Shown here piece after piece: positions 22,061 to 35,077 of a DNA stretch of 38,760 nucleotides. The translations under genes were made by a program, and so were the position numbers. The notes beneath the pieces were generated by a model. That model was not told where the DNA came from. It did no database searches and saw only the letters and a list, made by a program, of their open reading frames with translations. Each line of letters opens with the position of its first letter. Positions within the stretch are counted from its first letter, which is position 1. Source of the DNA: Atractiella rhizophila (lineage: Eukaryota). The stretch covers positions 1 through 38,760 of the forward strand of contig MU271617.1 of the NCBI GenBank assembly GCA_021432655.1, in the 5' to 3' direction.

Positions 22061-23775
22061 TCACTCTTCCTCTTCAAAAGCCGAATAAACGACCGCCGCC
22101 CACTCCTTCATCTCCCTCACCTCCGCCAACGCCTCCACCCACTCATTCGGTATACTCTGCACCATCTCCCTACTCTGTCTCGCGACAGTCGGGAGCAAAC
22201 TAGCGAGTCTAACAGACTTCTCCATCTCCATCTCCCTCCCTCCCACCTCCTGAAACCTCACTCCCTTCTTCGCTCCCACCGCATCCCAACTCCTCACCTC
22301 CTCCTCCTCCCCCTCATGTCTCTCCGCCGGTGGACTCCGGAATACAGGTTCTATCGATTTGAGCAGTGTGTCGAACGCTTTGTCGATCAGGAGGGAGGAG
22401 ACGAGGGAGAAGTCGGGCGAGTCGAGAAAGTCGCGGGTTTCGGAGAGCAGGGAGGAGAGGGAGGGTGTGAGGACGCAGTCCGGGGGAGAGAGACCCGAAA
22501 GATAGAGAGTTGAGGATTCGAGGGAAGGAGGAGGGAGGAGGAAGGAGGAGAAAGAGAATGCGGTGGAATCTGGGTTTGTTTCGACTAGGTGTCGGATGCG
22601 GAAGAGCAGTGTAGAGAGCTCCGAGTAGCGCAGGGGTGCCTTCAGAGGTAGACTGAACTCAGAAAGAGGAATTAGATTGGTTGTTTTTGATGATTGAAGG
22701 GAGTGGGAAGGACGTACCTCCCGATCACTTCCTCTGTTGCCTGACGCACTCGACTCTCCACTTCCCTCCATCCCCTATTGACCAACCACCAACTGAGCGT
22801 CAAATACTGTCTCTCCGTCCTCGAATCCACCCTCCTTCCCTCGCCCAATCCTCCCTCCTCTCCAACGCCAACTTCACCTTCACCTTCTGACGGCGCAGAG
22901 TTCATAGCGACAACGGAATCGAGGTAAGCGAACCGACCGAGGATGTTGAGTTGGAGATGGGTGAGGAGGAAGAGGAGGACGAGGGAGTAGGAGAGAGTGA
23001 GTGGTTGGATGAAGGAGAGGAGCTTGAGGTCGTGCCAGAGCTCCGCTTTCGTCTTGCTCGTCCCTGTCTCTGTCGCTGCTTCTTCCAGAGACGAGGAGGG
23101 AGGGATGGGTGAGGATGAACGAGAGCGTTTTCCAGGAGATGGATGGGGGAAGGAAGTAAGAGGCGGAGGTGGGAGAGACGCCGTGGATTCTTCCATGTCA
23201 TTCGACTCTTCATTTCCATTCGGCAGCCCATTCACATGCTGCTCCTCTTTCTCTTTCTCCTCTCCCTCTCCCACCTCTGCTTCAGTCTCCGCCTCCGCCT
23301 CATCCCCATTGACCAACACTGTGGACTCATTCACCAACCGTTCCCTCTCTTCCTCTTCCCTCCTTATCCGCTCCTCCTCCTCCTTCTCCCTCAACATCCG
23401 CCTCTGTCTCTCCCCCACCGCTCTAATCTCAGCCGTGACGGCTTCGACATCACACTCCTCCAACACCTTCCCACCCAGCGCCGGCAACAAAGCGAGGACG
23501 GTGAAGAGACAATCTTCCTGATTCTGCTGAAACCGTCTCCTCAGACTATCGCCCGTTCAATCCAAGTCAGCATTCCAGCGTTGCCAAACGCAAACGGAGA
23601 GAATGAACGAGAGTTAGTAAGACACGCACTTTTCTTTGCCCGCCTTCTCGGATTGGAGGCGCTGGGATAAGGAAGAGAATTTGGACTTGCCCCAGGAGAA
23701 GAGGAGGTAGGAGGAGCCAGTGAGGAGGAGCAGGGTTTGGAGGACGGGCGGAGGGGAAAGGAGGAGGGAGGTCAT
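22061..23775 (-). CDS. PEX3: Peroxin-3 (three exons)
   Basis: N-terminal TM, KENLRRRFQQNQEDCLFTVLALLP, KAELWHDLKLLSF, LTHLQLNILGRFAYL, QYLTLSWWLVNRGW, RLASLLP, AAVVYSAF. Confidence 0.94.
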
Positions 23776-24416
23776 CCTTTCTGCACTTCTACGCTGAGGA
23801 ATGCCTACACGTCGAACGAAACAAGTCGTCGTTGTTTTTTGCCTATCGTCAGGTCAAGTTGCCGGTGAATTTCACGCGTTTTTCGCCCAGCATTACTCTA
23901 TTGATACAACACAGTGGGCACAGACGCCAGCTCAGCTCCATCAGATTCAGATTCATTGGAGGGACAGCGAGGAGATGGGGTACGATAATCCATGAATAGA
24001 TAGCTTACGGACTACTCTTCAGTAGGTCAGATCAACTCAAACCACTTTCTCAATAAGAAAATGAAATGCTCAAAAAATGTGAGAAAGAGAAATGCCAAAA
24101 GTCAAAGTCAAAGTCAAACTGCCAGCGCGGCATTCTGGATGTCAAGTCAAGAGGAGGAGGAGGGCGTGGAAAATATGTGAGCGGGAGTTGGGAAGATGGG
24201 ATGGGAGGGAGATGAGGTGGTGATACAATCGAAGAATCGTCGAGAACGAAGAACCCAAAGAACCAACCATCCAACCATCCTCCTCCTCCTCTCAAACGAT
24301 GCAAGTCCAGGTCGGAGACTCATCAACTGAGTGTATAACGCAAAGAATGTATGATATCGGACTTATTGATCGTCGAGGGTGGAAGGGGATGAGAGATGGG
24401 TGAGAGTGATGGGTGT

Positions 24417-24851
24417 TCACATGATGGTGCAACACCCGCTCTGTGCCTTCGGTGCGTAGGGATCTTCGCGTTTGTCCAGCGGACCCCATACCGATGGGAC
24501 CTTACCCAACACCGACGTTAGAATGGGCACATTCTCACCGAACCATGACACTCTAAGGAGGAAGCGAAGACGTACGAGGAAGTCGCGGGTTGTTTTGCAG
24601 TAGCGGATCAACCTGTCCCCACCCTCACATCAATACCCAATGTAGACAGAAACGAGGGAAATGAAGACTTTGGACTGAAAGAGAAGGGAAGGGAAGGGAG
24701 GGGAGAGACATGGAGAGAAGACATACGATGCGCTCGCCTCCGAAATCCTGACTCTGGGCCTATCCAAGTCCTCTCTCAGCCTCTGGTTGTGTTCTGTGAG
24801 CCTCCTGAGCTTGAGTTCGGACATGGACTGTTTTTGGGGACGGGCCATCAT
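24417..24851 (-). CDS. STE18: Heterotrimeric G-protein gamma subunit (three exons)
   Basis: [54 protein letters not shown]...DPY with a CCTIM prenylation/palmitoylation tail. Confidence 0.95.
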
Positions 24852-25146
24852 CTTCGGAAAGTGGACTCGGTGGAGTGATTAAAAGTGAAAAACTGCAACT
24901 GTTAATATATAGTCAGTAAGTATTCTTTCTCGCTTGTTCATAGGGATGGACTAGGGTATTGGGGTGGGAGGTGGCACCTTTTGGAAGTGGAAGGAAGGTG
25001 AGAAGAACGTCGTCGTTGATTCCGCCGTCTAAGAAAGACCAAACAACGCCCAAACACGACCAATTCGTCCAACACCTGACGCGAACAAACAAACGACCAG
25101 CACGCAGTCATTATTATTCGTTGTTCTGTTCTTTGGAGAGGTTATC

Positions 25147-27352
25147 ATGGTCTCCTCCTCCCTGACCGCTACCCCAAACGCAAAACTAACCGAGCGAATC
25201 GACACACTCCAACTCAAACATGAGCTCGCCCTCCTCCTTCCCGAATACGCCGGTCTCGTCTATTGGGACTCCCTCAAGGCTTTCATGAACGCAAAGATTG
25301 GGAGGGAAGAATGGGAGAATAGAGTGAGAGGCGTGTTTGGTGGATTGAGGAGCGAGGGAAGAGAGAAGGCCGGTCAGTGTTTTGTCTCTGGCTCGCTTTG
25401 CGTCGCTTTGCGTTGGTGTCGGTTCATGGCATGAAGCGGGGAGGATCTCTATCTTGCTTGAACGTTTGAATCATATTGTGTGCCTCATCGAACGCTCTAT
25501 CGTTAATAAGACTGTTTCATTGCTGCTAAAAGGCACATTCTCTACCAAACGAGACTCCGCATATCCTCATCGCAAACAAAGACCACTACTCTACACAGAG
25601 CCTACTGGTGTATCTGAAGACTAACCAAATTCCAACAGTGGCGCTCCACAACCGCCTCCTCCTCTCCATCCTGCACAACGCCTCCCTGCCCACTCCAAAT
25701 CCCCCACCCATCCGACACATGGGCTTCTCCAAACGCAAGCGTTCTCTCGCCGACGAGCTCGCCAACGGCCCCTCCTCCCGCTTCAACAACACCAACCTGC
25801 TGGTGGAAGGGGAAAGAGAACCGAAGCGACGGGCGGTGGCGAGCTTGTCGAGGAGGGAGCGGGAGCGGTTGAGGGCTGTGGAGGCACCATTAGTTGGGGC
25901 GGGGGATAAGGAGAAGGGCGCTGCGGTTGCGACTGCTGTTGCAGTGGGAGGTGATGGAGAGGGAGGGAAGGAGGGTGAGGAGAAGAAGAAGGATGAGGTG
26001 GCGAAGAAGAAGAGGACTAAGAAGTTACCGTTGCCTCCTGCTATTGATGTACCCTGTTCGTGTTTCCCCTCTTCTTCTCCTCACCTTTCTGTTTGTCTGT
26101 CAGGATGATGCTTATGCTTTGGTTTCGCTATGGGAACAGCCCAGTTTCAGGATTTGAAGAAGACGGAACTGGCGAGGGAGATGAAGAATGTGCCTGATCA
26201 GGCTAACCTTCAGAAGAGGATGGCTCTGGTGGCAGTTGAGCATTCCTTGCTGCATACACCGGATGCGACCGTAGCACATCTCGGGCACACAGCTATGGAG
26301 GTACGAAATCCCCCCTTCCTTCCGTCATGACGAGCTCATTGAGCGCTTTACAGACACATCTCCGCTCTTTCCTCGAACACCTCGTCTCTGCAGCGCGCTT
26401 GCAAGAGTATACTTCGAATGGCAGCAGTGGTGGGGAATTGGCGCTATTGCCTGGTCCAGAGGCAGCAAAAAAGTTGGAGGAGAAAGACATCGACCTGGTC
26501 GACCTCTCTGTCTTGCTTACCATTTCACCTCATCTTTACGTTCGACCAACGGTCGCTGCAGTGGAGAGGGTGATGATGACGAAAGACCTAGGGGTGGATT
26601 CTTCATCTTCCGGGGATGAAGATGAAGAGGAGGAAGAGAGTGGTGAAGAGAGTGAAGAGGAGGGAGGAGGCGGGAGGGGAAGGAATGCGAAGAAGCTTGG
26701 ATGGGTCGTCAGTGAGGAAATGAGGAGGGAGGCGGAGAGCGATAGGAAGACGGTAGGTGGTAAAACGCCGTCGAGGACGCCAGCAGGGTCGAGGATTGGA
26801 GGTGGGAAGGGAGTGAATGGGGAGAAAGAAGGGGAGAGGAAGAAGAACGATTATTCGCGTTGGATTCCTACCGACCATCGACCTTCTCTCAAAACTTCAC
26901 ACTCATTGCAGAACCTTTCTTCCGCTCCTCAGACCGACGGTAACAGCACTCAGAATGGCGATAAGGGAGGAGCGACGAGCAGTGTGCACGTCGCGAATGG
27001 GCAAGCGAACGGACTGGTGGATGTGGCAATGGCGAAAGTGAATGGGTTCGCTGAGGAGAAAGAAAAGGAAAAACAGAAGCAGGGGACAGGGTCACACGAA
27101 GACTTGATGCGCGCCGAACTCTTTCCCGAACTCGAACCACCATCCAACTCGCACCAATCAAAGTCGAAATCTCACGAAACTGATGGTGATTCAGACGCTG
27201 AAGGAGAACGTCCATCTGCTACTGGGGACGGTAGGAATGGGAATGGAACGATCAACGCGTCGTCGATGGTTGGTGTGATGGGAGGTGGGAAGGGTGGTGA
27301 CATTCTCAGGTTTCTTCATGAATATGTCAGCGTTCCCAATGGAACGATCTGA
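25147..27352 (+). CDS. ADA1: SAGA subunit Ada1/Hfi1 (Tad1)-like protein (multi-exon; 3' end could extend to about 27432)
   Basis: RIDTLQLKHEL...YWDSLKAFMNAKIGREEWE, LHNRLLLSILHNA and histone-fold region VPDQANLQKRMALVAVEHSL...AMETHLRSFL. Confidence 0.82.
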
Positions 27353-29789
27353 AGGGAGGACGCGTCGCGGTAACCTAATCTCTCAAGGTCACAGAGGAGG
27401 TCAGAGTCTGCCACAACTTCATCAGAGGTTGACTCTGACGGTGCTCAAGTTGGCACGTCGGCGCTATCGGCGCTCCGAATCACGATGTCCCGGCTCAGCC
27501 TCGACTTTGCGTCTCGAAGCATCGTTTTTGGAGGAGCTTGACCCGCTCTAAGGTTAATCAATTCGAAGTTGGGCATGGCAAATCGACTCAATCAATAATC
27601 AAATCACAACTTGCTCACTCAGCCAATCACGAACGCGACGGGTGATCCAGGAGGATCGCTCTCGCGAAAAGACAAGCAAGATCAGCTCAACTCAACTATC
27701 TCAGCTGCGGTCCTTGTTGCTTCATACACACTTTCAGGACAATCAATAACCTTGGGTTGCGTTCTTATTGCACTTAGTTCGATGCCCGTCATCTCTTCCA
27801 TCTCCATCTCCATCTGGCCTCATCCACCTCCATCTCAATCCGTCGGTCTCCTCGTTCGTTCGTGCGCTCACCTCACCTCACCGGCGTTCCGACCGTGACA
27901 ACGGAACGGGAACAACTGGAGAAGGCTTCACTTGCCCTTTCACGAGGCTTTATTGCCTCCAGTCAACAATGATGTTTGTCGCCTCGCCTTCGGCTCATTG
28001 GCATCGCGGTCAAGTTGAGGCACCGAAGGCAATCAACGTGAAAGTGAAACTTGGAGCTTGGAGGAGGTTCGTGAATGAAAGAGAAGAGAAGGGACGACGG
28101 GTGGACGTGTGGACGGTTTAAGGAGGCGTTTAGGGATGTGTTTAGGATGTGTTGGGTTGATTTGAATCGATTGATGCGCATGAGACTATAGACGAAGCGT
28201 GCGTGAGAGCTTTCTCTCCGCCTCTCCGATTCGGTCGTGTTATTTGTCCACATAATTTACCGTGTCAGTTCCACTCACGAATCCCTAAGTCGGCATAAGT
28301 GCGTCGCGTAGTACGTGTACAGTTTGAGAAGTTGCCGAGCACAAGAAGGTCCAAGTGAACATTGAAAGCGAAATCTGACAACGCACCTCCTAAGGCCTAA
28401 AATACGCATCGCGTTAATGAACCCCTGGAAATTGATTATCTTCCGTTCACGCGTACCCTTTCCTGTTGCTGTTCGTTGCAAGGGCATGCCGAGTTGGAAC
28501 ACGAAGGACACGACAACTTAAGAAGGTTCTGATTGACGCGTCTTCACGTGACGCTTGTTTTTCGCTTCGGAGCTGGAGCAAGAGCCTTGTGATAGGATGA
28601 TGGAAGGGTGATGGAAGAATGAGGAGGCAAAGAAGATTGAAACGAAAGGAAGGAAAGAGATTTCCGCCCAATTACTTCCACATCACATTCCTCCATACAA
28701 TGAAATGCACCTTCCTCAAGGCAACGAACGAACGATAACTCTCGACCTCGACCGAGATTCATGCAGCCTTGATGAACGATGTCAGGAACGAGTGGATGCA
28801 AAGTAAGCAAAAAAGCTTCTCTGTCGATCCATCGGCTCTCGGTGCTTTGCCTCCACTCGAAGAAGGTCCCTTGAAATCAATCAAGACAAAGAGCTTTGGC
28901 CATGACTTCTGAATATGAATGTATGAACGTTGTTACGGGAACATGACCGTATGACCATACGTTGACCTTGATCAATCCCTGATTAGAGTACCTCACTTTT
29001 GAGTGGATCAGCGCATGCAAGGATTGAAAGGCTGATGAAAGGCATGAAAGGCAAGGGAGAAGATTAGGTGAAGAAGAATGCAACGCCGCTGCGGAATCTG
29101 ATCAGCAAGATTGGGACAAACTCAAAAATGAAAAATTAAGGTTTAAGCGCAGCTGGATGGAGATATTTCTCTCGTTCCGGCGACCACCACCAACCGTGTC
29201 AGGTGGAGAATTGCTTCGCTCCTTATTTCATTGCATATCAACCTCCTCTGCTCTGGGATGGCTTCCCTTTGCAGCCAGCAGAATAACAGCATACAACAGT
29301 CAGGTAATAGCCCAATAACCGCCAGCGGTGGTCGCGTCCTTTGTCAATAAATCACAAATAACGTCCTATTCAGTCATATCGAACGTGAGTGCTTCTTCTC
29401 CCTTTCAGAGTCCCTTTCACATTCGTTCGGTTAGTCCCTTCTTCTTTGTTAACGTCCACTTTAACCCTTCTTCCAACTGGCGTCCGACATCGATACGTCA
29501 ACCCATCAAATATCCAACTACACCCAGTCCACCCCACAAGACATCGAGCAAGCCTCTAATTTCGTAAACCGAACCTCGAAAGCGCTCCCAGACTCTAATC
29601 GAAGGAGCCAATTCGACGGACAGCCTAACACGCTCGAACCGCAGGGATCTCTTTTGTCTCATTTTCCAGTGTCCGAACCAGCTTCCACGCCACGCCACCC
29701 CTTTCTCATAAGCCCACCTCGGCGGAACGAGACGCAGTCTTTCGCACTGACACCCGCACCGTTTGGTTTGGCCTAGTTGGAAAGTTGAG

Positions 29790-32700
29790 ATGTTCTATTT
29801 ATCTTCTCCCGTTCAGCCTTCAAATACGCCCTACTTGCCTTTCCCACTGCCTCCCCACTCTTACACCTACTCTTCGTCTAATTCTCCTTCGGCCTCGCCA
29901 CCTTACTATCCTACCAATTTACAACTCCCCACTCCAAACCCTTCTCATCGTCCGTCGTCCAAACGACCCAGGTCTTCTATGGCTGGCTCTTTCCCATTAC
30001 CGATAGAACAAGATGAAACATTTCTTCATGTTTCTCCATCAGACGGACCTTCGACGAGTCGACATCCAATCTCATCGATATCGCTCGAGAAATCAAAGAA
30101 CAACACTTATGCATCAGCATACATGACATGTCGAGACGGTGGTGCGGAAGTGTTGGCTGAATTCACAGCTCGGGTTTGTCTTCCTCTCCTTCCTCCCAGC
30201 ATCATCGGTTATGGAATGCATCTCCAAAGCAAACAAGGGCAAGTGCTGATGTTTTCCTCGATTGTGGGCACAGATCGTAGCTTACTTCTGGAACGCTGAT
30301 TTGCCTCCTTCGAGCACGACCAATGGGAACGGGGAAAGGAGAAGGTTCGAAGATTCGATGCGAGACCGTCTTCAGGCTCCTTTGCCTCCAAGAGACTTGT
30401 CTTCGAAAGCGATGAGGAGCCAAATGAGCGCACCTAAAGATTTCGTTGCTTTTGTTTTGAAGCTACTCAGCGCAAGTCCGTCTTTTCCCCTTTTCTCTCT
30501 CCCCTCCCCACCGATCGTTGTTGATGTTGATTGTTGATCCTTTGATTGATAGCACGACTGACAACTTCGGTCATCCTCATCTCGATATGCTTCATCAAGG
30601 GACTGACAGAGGCTGTGAGGAGGAGGGAGGAGCGGAAGGCAATGTTTGGTGGGAGGATAGAGCTGTTTTATGTCATCGCTTTGATGCTAGGGAACAAGAT
30701 TATGGATGACCACAGTCCGTTCTCATTCCCTTCCGTCACTCTTCCACCTGTCTTACTTGATTCTTGACAGCCTTCACTCATAACACCTGGTCCGGACTAT
30801 CAAACAATCACTTCTCCCCAGCAGATCTCACAAATACAGAGCTCGCCTGGCTGAAGGCGGTAAACTTTTCGATGCACGTCGATTCTTCCATGTTTGAGGG
30901 ATGGAAGCGATTCTGGGAGGGGCATCTTTTCTCCTTCGAACACGAGACCTCTTCCCGCCGCTCCTCTCGTTCCTCACGGTCTTCACGGTCGACAGCAGCA
31001 CGGAGGAAGATGTTCGGTTCGGTGGCCAGTTCGAAGAGGGATAGATTGAGGATGAAGGACGTGTATGCGGCACCGTTCATGGAGGATATGGATTTGGATA
31101 CGAGTGCGAGGGATTGGATCATGGATTGGGATTTTAGACATCCCGTTCCTCTCCCTCATACTCTCTCCCCTCTGCAGCCTACCATCTCGATGGAAACCGT
31201 CACTGTCACTGTGCCGAGGAATCCTTGGTTGACCTCCTTTCCCAACATGACCACCAACCCATCCTCATTCAACCTGTCCCTGTACATCCCGCACCTCAGA
31301 TCCTCAACCAACAGTTCGATATCGACGAGGAACCGTTGATGAGGAACGACAACAATAAGCGGGAGATAATGTCGAATGGAAGGGGGTGGGAAGAACCAGC
31401 GGCGAAGAGGATGGCTTATTCCCTCAATTCGTCCCCTGTCTTCGCATACAATCCTCCTCCTCCCTCCTATTCCTCTTATGCCTCCTCGCGACCTGTCACG
31501 TCCTATAACACTTCCTCCTCCATCTTTCCATACGCCATCTCCGTCGCCTCCTCAGACTCTCGCCCCGTCAGCTCGTATGAGCTCCCGAATTCTTCACACT
31601 ACCTCACCGTCCCTCAGCCCCGTACATCGATGTATGCGTATCCATCGAACACGAATACAAACGCCAATGCACCTCAACCCTTTCAACTCGAATATTACTC
31701 TCTGGCAGCAGACACGCACAATCCGAGAGGCACCTTGAACTCGCACTCCATCTCCAACCTCGTAAACGCGCAATATCCTCTCCCTCCATCCACCGTTCCA
31801 ACCGGATCCTTTGACTTTCAACTCCCTCTACCTCATCTCGCTTCGTCGCTCGGGTACGGGAGCGCGAATGGATGTGGGTGTGCAGAGTGTAAACCAACGG
31901 TTAGAGGACGAGAGTGGTATGGAGGACAGGGAGGAGTGGATGGACAGGTTTATGCGGAGCAGAAGACTGCCATTCCTTCTCTTCATCCGCTAGAAGAGCC
32001 TAGATCGATTTATGCCCCACGAGCCCACTTCGATCCTTCACCTCAGTCTCAATATTCGAACCTCGTACCTGAAACTATGGTTCACATTGGCTCTTCCCAC
32101 TCGTCGCCTTACGCCTCCTTACCGATCCAACCCCACCATCTGTTCTCGCAAGCATCCCCTTCCCAACCTTTCCAATCGCAGTCATGCTCCGCCTCCCCCT
32201 TTGCCAGCTTCAATGGGAGCTGGGTGCAAGATTTCCAGTCGCTCAATTTGGCTGGTAGTGGGATAGGTCGAAAAGGCAGCGATGCCGTCACTTACAGTTC
32301 GAGCACCGGATTCGAAGTCTTGTCGTCGACGAGCTCAGATGCGGGTTGTGGAAGCGGACAGCCTTCCACGATGTCCATCGATCTTGGAGCTATGGGATTG
32401 GGCTTGGGAAGTCTTGGAACTGCCTGTTGGAATCGAACGTCGAATGGCACTTGGGCTCTTCAGGATACCATCGCGGGAGTGAGTGCAGGTGCGAGTCAGA
32501 TGTGGACCTCAATATCTTATCAACCTCCTAATGTCGTACCCATTTCAACCGTCGAACAATTACCCCAGCCTCAGATCAGCTCTTCCTTACCCACTCTCAC
32601 TTTTGTCCGCCCGTCGAATGAATCGATCAACGTCATTGGCCGTCCCATGTCTAGTCAACTGTCTCAGAATCCTTCCTACCTTCACCCATCGCCATACGTC

Positions 32701-32838
32701 CCCCAGCCTTCGTTGGCCTCCGAAAATAATCAAGATCAGGCTCAGCTCAAGGCTTATTATGTCCCAACCTGGGATGATCAGAATAATACCTTCTTTACGT
32801 ATAACCCTTGCAACAGCGGATACCCAACTCAGCAGTAG
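29790..32838 (+). CDS. Pho85-type cyclin, Clg1/Pcl-like, with long low-complexity C-terminus (multi-exon)
   Basis: Cyclin box FVAFVLKLLSATRLTTSVILISICFI...IALMLGNKIMDDHTFTHNTWS...LTNTELAWLKAVNFSMHV. The frame junction at about 31060-31340 is unresolved. Confidence 0.82.
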
Positions 32839-33115
32839 ATTTCTCATTCAACTTCGATCCTCCTACAATACATTTTCCTGCTTCCCATACATCCCCAGTT
32901 GTGATCCGCCGTTGAGTTTCGTTGTACAGTTCAATTTAGAGGTCTCATACGTATAAGAAGGTACTTCAGTTGTCGTTCACTTTGAGCTTTCAAAAACCGT
33001 CAGTCTTTGGTCTTTCTGTTATTAGTGTTTAGCTCGCAGTTTCCTCCCTTCTTCAGCTTACCCAACTCAAGTATCCTACGCTTCTCCTACCCCAATCTCC
33101 ATGCTCTGCTACGTT

Positions 33116-33725
33116 TACGTGGACTTAACTCTAACTCGCCTTCGTGTGAACAATTCTCTACAGTTTATGCATTCATTTATTCTTCAAATGTAAGGTCTGC
33201 CTAACCTCCTACGTACATCCTCTGTCGATTTCGATAAGAAGATTCGATTTGTATCCACGCAGTCTCAGTTATTTCTTTGATCTTTTGACTTTCGGTTTTG
33301 TTTCTACCTGAAAAGTCTCAAAGCGGTTTCGGTTGTGATTGTATCTACTTCCTTCGGCCTTTTTCCACCTTTTCGCCATTGTATCACTTACTGCAGACAT
33401 AAGCAATGAGATATTTCCATTACGTGGACTTAACTCTAACTCGCCTTCGTGTGAACAATTCTCTACAGTTTATGCATTCATTTATTCTTCAAATGTAAGG
33501 TCTGCCTAACCTCCTACGTACATCCTCTGTCGATTTCGATAAGAAGATTCGATTTGTATCCACGCAGTCTCAGTTATTTCTTTGATCTTTTGACTTTCGG
33601 TTTTGTTTCTACCTGAAAAGTCTCAAAGCGGTTTCGGTTGTGATTGTATCTACTTCCTTCGGCCTTTTTCCACCTTTTCGCCATTGTATCACTTACTGCA
33701 GACATAAGCAATGAGATATTTCCAT
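33116..33725. repeat. 305-bp direct tandem duplication
   Basis: 33116-33420 and 33421-33725 both run TACGTGGACTTAACTC...GAGATATTTCCAT and look identical by eye; TT microhomology at the junction. Confidence 0.95.
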
Positions 33726-34926
33726 TTTTTTCAGTACTTTATCGCAGGCCGGGGTGCAAGCGTGGAAGCATGGCTCGTTCAAGCTGAAGCAGTATCATCT
33801 GAAGGAGCAGAGATCTGAAGACGCCACTTCACTTCACCGTGACTTTGACAATGTTGACTACATGTCAGACTCGTGTTAGGCGTCCGTCTATTGTCAGTCT
33901 AATCGATGGAAAATGAATGCTAGTCACGAATGATTTGCTCATTTTGTTCGTTTTTAGCTAAGGAGCACTTGTCGAGACCTTCGGTTTCTTCTTCACCTGG
34001 ATTAGAAAACAGACAGTCCTATGATTTGACGCCTCCAAGTCTAAGTACACTAGTATATCTTCCCGTTCTGGAATTCTGGAGGGCTTTAGATCTTTAGAGG
34101 GCAGAGGGTCAATATGGCATGCAGGCCAGCACATGCTACCCCTTACTCTCTTTACCCAAGCAATGCACTTCAGTTTCAGCATTCTCACACTTTTCGCGAT
34201 GTAGATCGTCGTTTTTCGTTACCATCGTTTATTCTAGATCGACAGGGGGTTGCAATAAAGAGCATTCACATCTTCACAGCTCAAATATCTCAATGACAAG
34301 AATTGACCATAAATCTCATTCTAGCGATGGTGCTCAGATCTCGCTCCGTTTGGTGGGTCTTTCATGACCATAACCCTCTTTGCGACCAGGATGTTATAGT
34401 CAGAGATTCCTTCTCAGGGATGGCAGAAACCGTACAACATCGAACAGAACCATCACACGCCACCCATTCCCTTTCTCATTTCTAATCCCTTATAGGACAG
34501 ACCTGCTTAACGCGTCGTCACCACGGTTAAGGTAAGAAGGAAATCCACCGCGATCCAGCCGCGACCAGCTGACATCATGGTCTGTCGATCTCCCAATCAT
34601 CTTCTCAGAGTCGCGTCGAGGTGGCGTCTTCGGCAACAACATAAAAGGGTGGAACCACTCGCTCTCATCCCGTTCCTCGAGCGAAAAAGTCAGGGAAAAT
34701 GTGTTTGGAAAGTCAACGAGCAACAGTTTCAAGGGTTGGTTGGAAGGTTCGCGAAAGAAGTCGGAGAGATCGTGGAATGGGATTGCGCAGCTCTAATGGA
34801 TTGGATTTCGAAAAACCACGACCACCTCTCCTTCTTCCCTGCTTTCTTCCCTTTTCTTTTTCCATCCAACGCCAATCGAGAGAAACTTAACTTTCGGTGT
34901 ATATTCTGTCAGGGGACGAAAAGACG

Positions 34927-35077
34927 ATGAGCGACTTTCAGCAGTCGGGTATGGTGGATTTGAATGGGGTGGACATGGGAATGGGGATGGATATAGGAAT
35001 GCCTTTACAATCCGAGTATGGCAGTGATGGAGGCATGAAGAATGATTTCAAACTTGTTCTTCCAGAACGGACAAGAG
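34927..35077 (+). CDS. Candidate alternative first coding exon of the downstream bZIP gene
   Basis: MSDFQQSGMVDLNG...LVLPERTR followed by a phase-1 donor G|GTGAGC that fits the phase-1 acceptor TCTTCAG at 36417. An upstream acceptor CTGTCAG lies at 34912. Confidence 0.5.

Noticed and set aside
22019..23670. Long plus-strand ORFs opposite PEX3 (and similar antisense ORFs over SNF2, NOP2, ADA1 and the bZIP gene)
   Set aside because: Shadows of low-complexity GA/CT-rich coding sequence with no recognisable motifs.
27553..29789. 2.2-kb gene-free stretch with many short ORFs
   Set aside because: No coherent gene model; consistent with the long promoter and leader of the cyclin gene.
30472..30552. 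GC-AG intron (GCAAGT) in the cyclin gene
   Set aside because: Phase fits the GT donor GTCCGT at 30476, giving LLSATRL.
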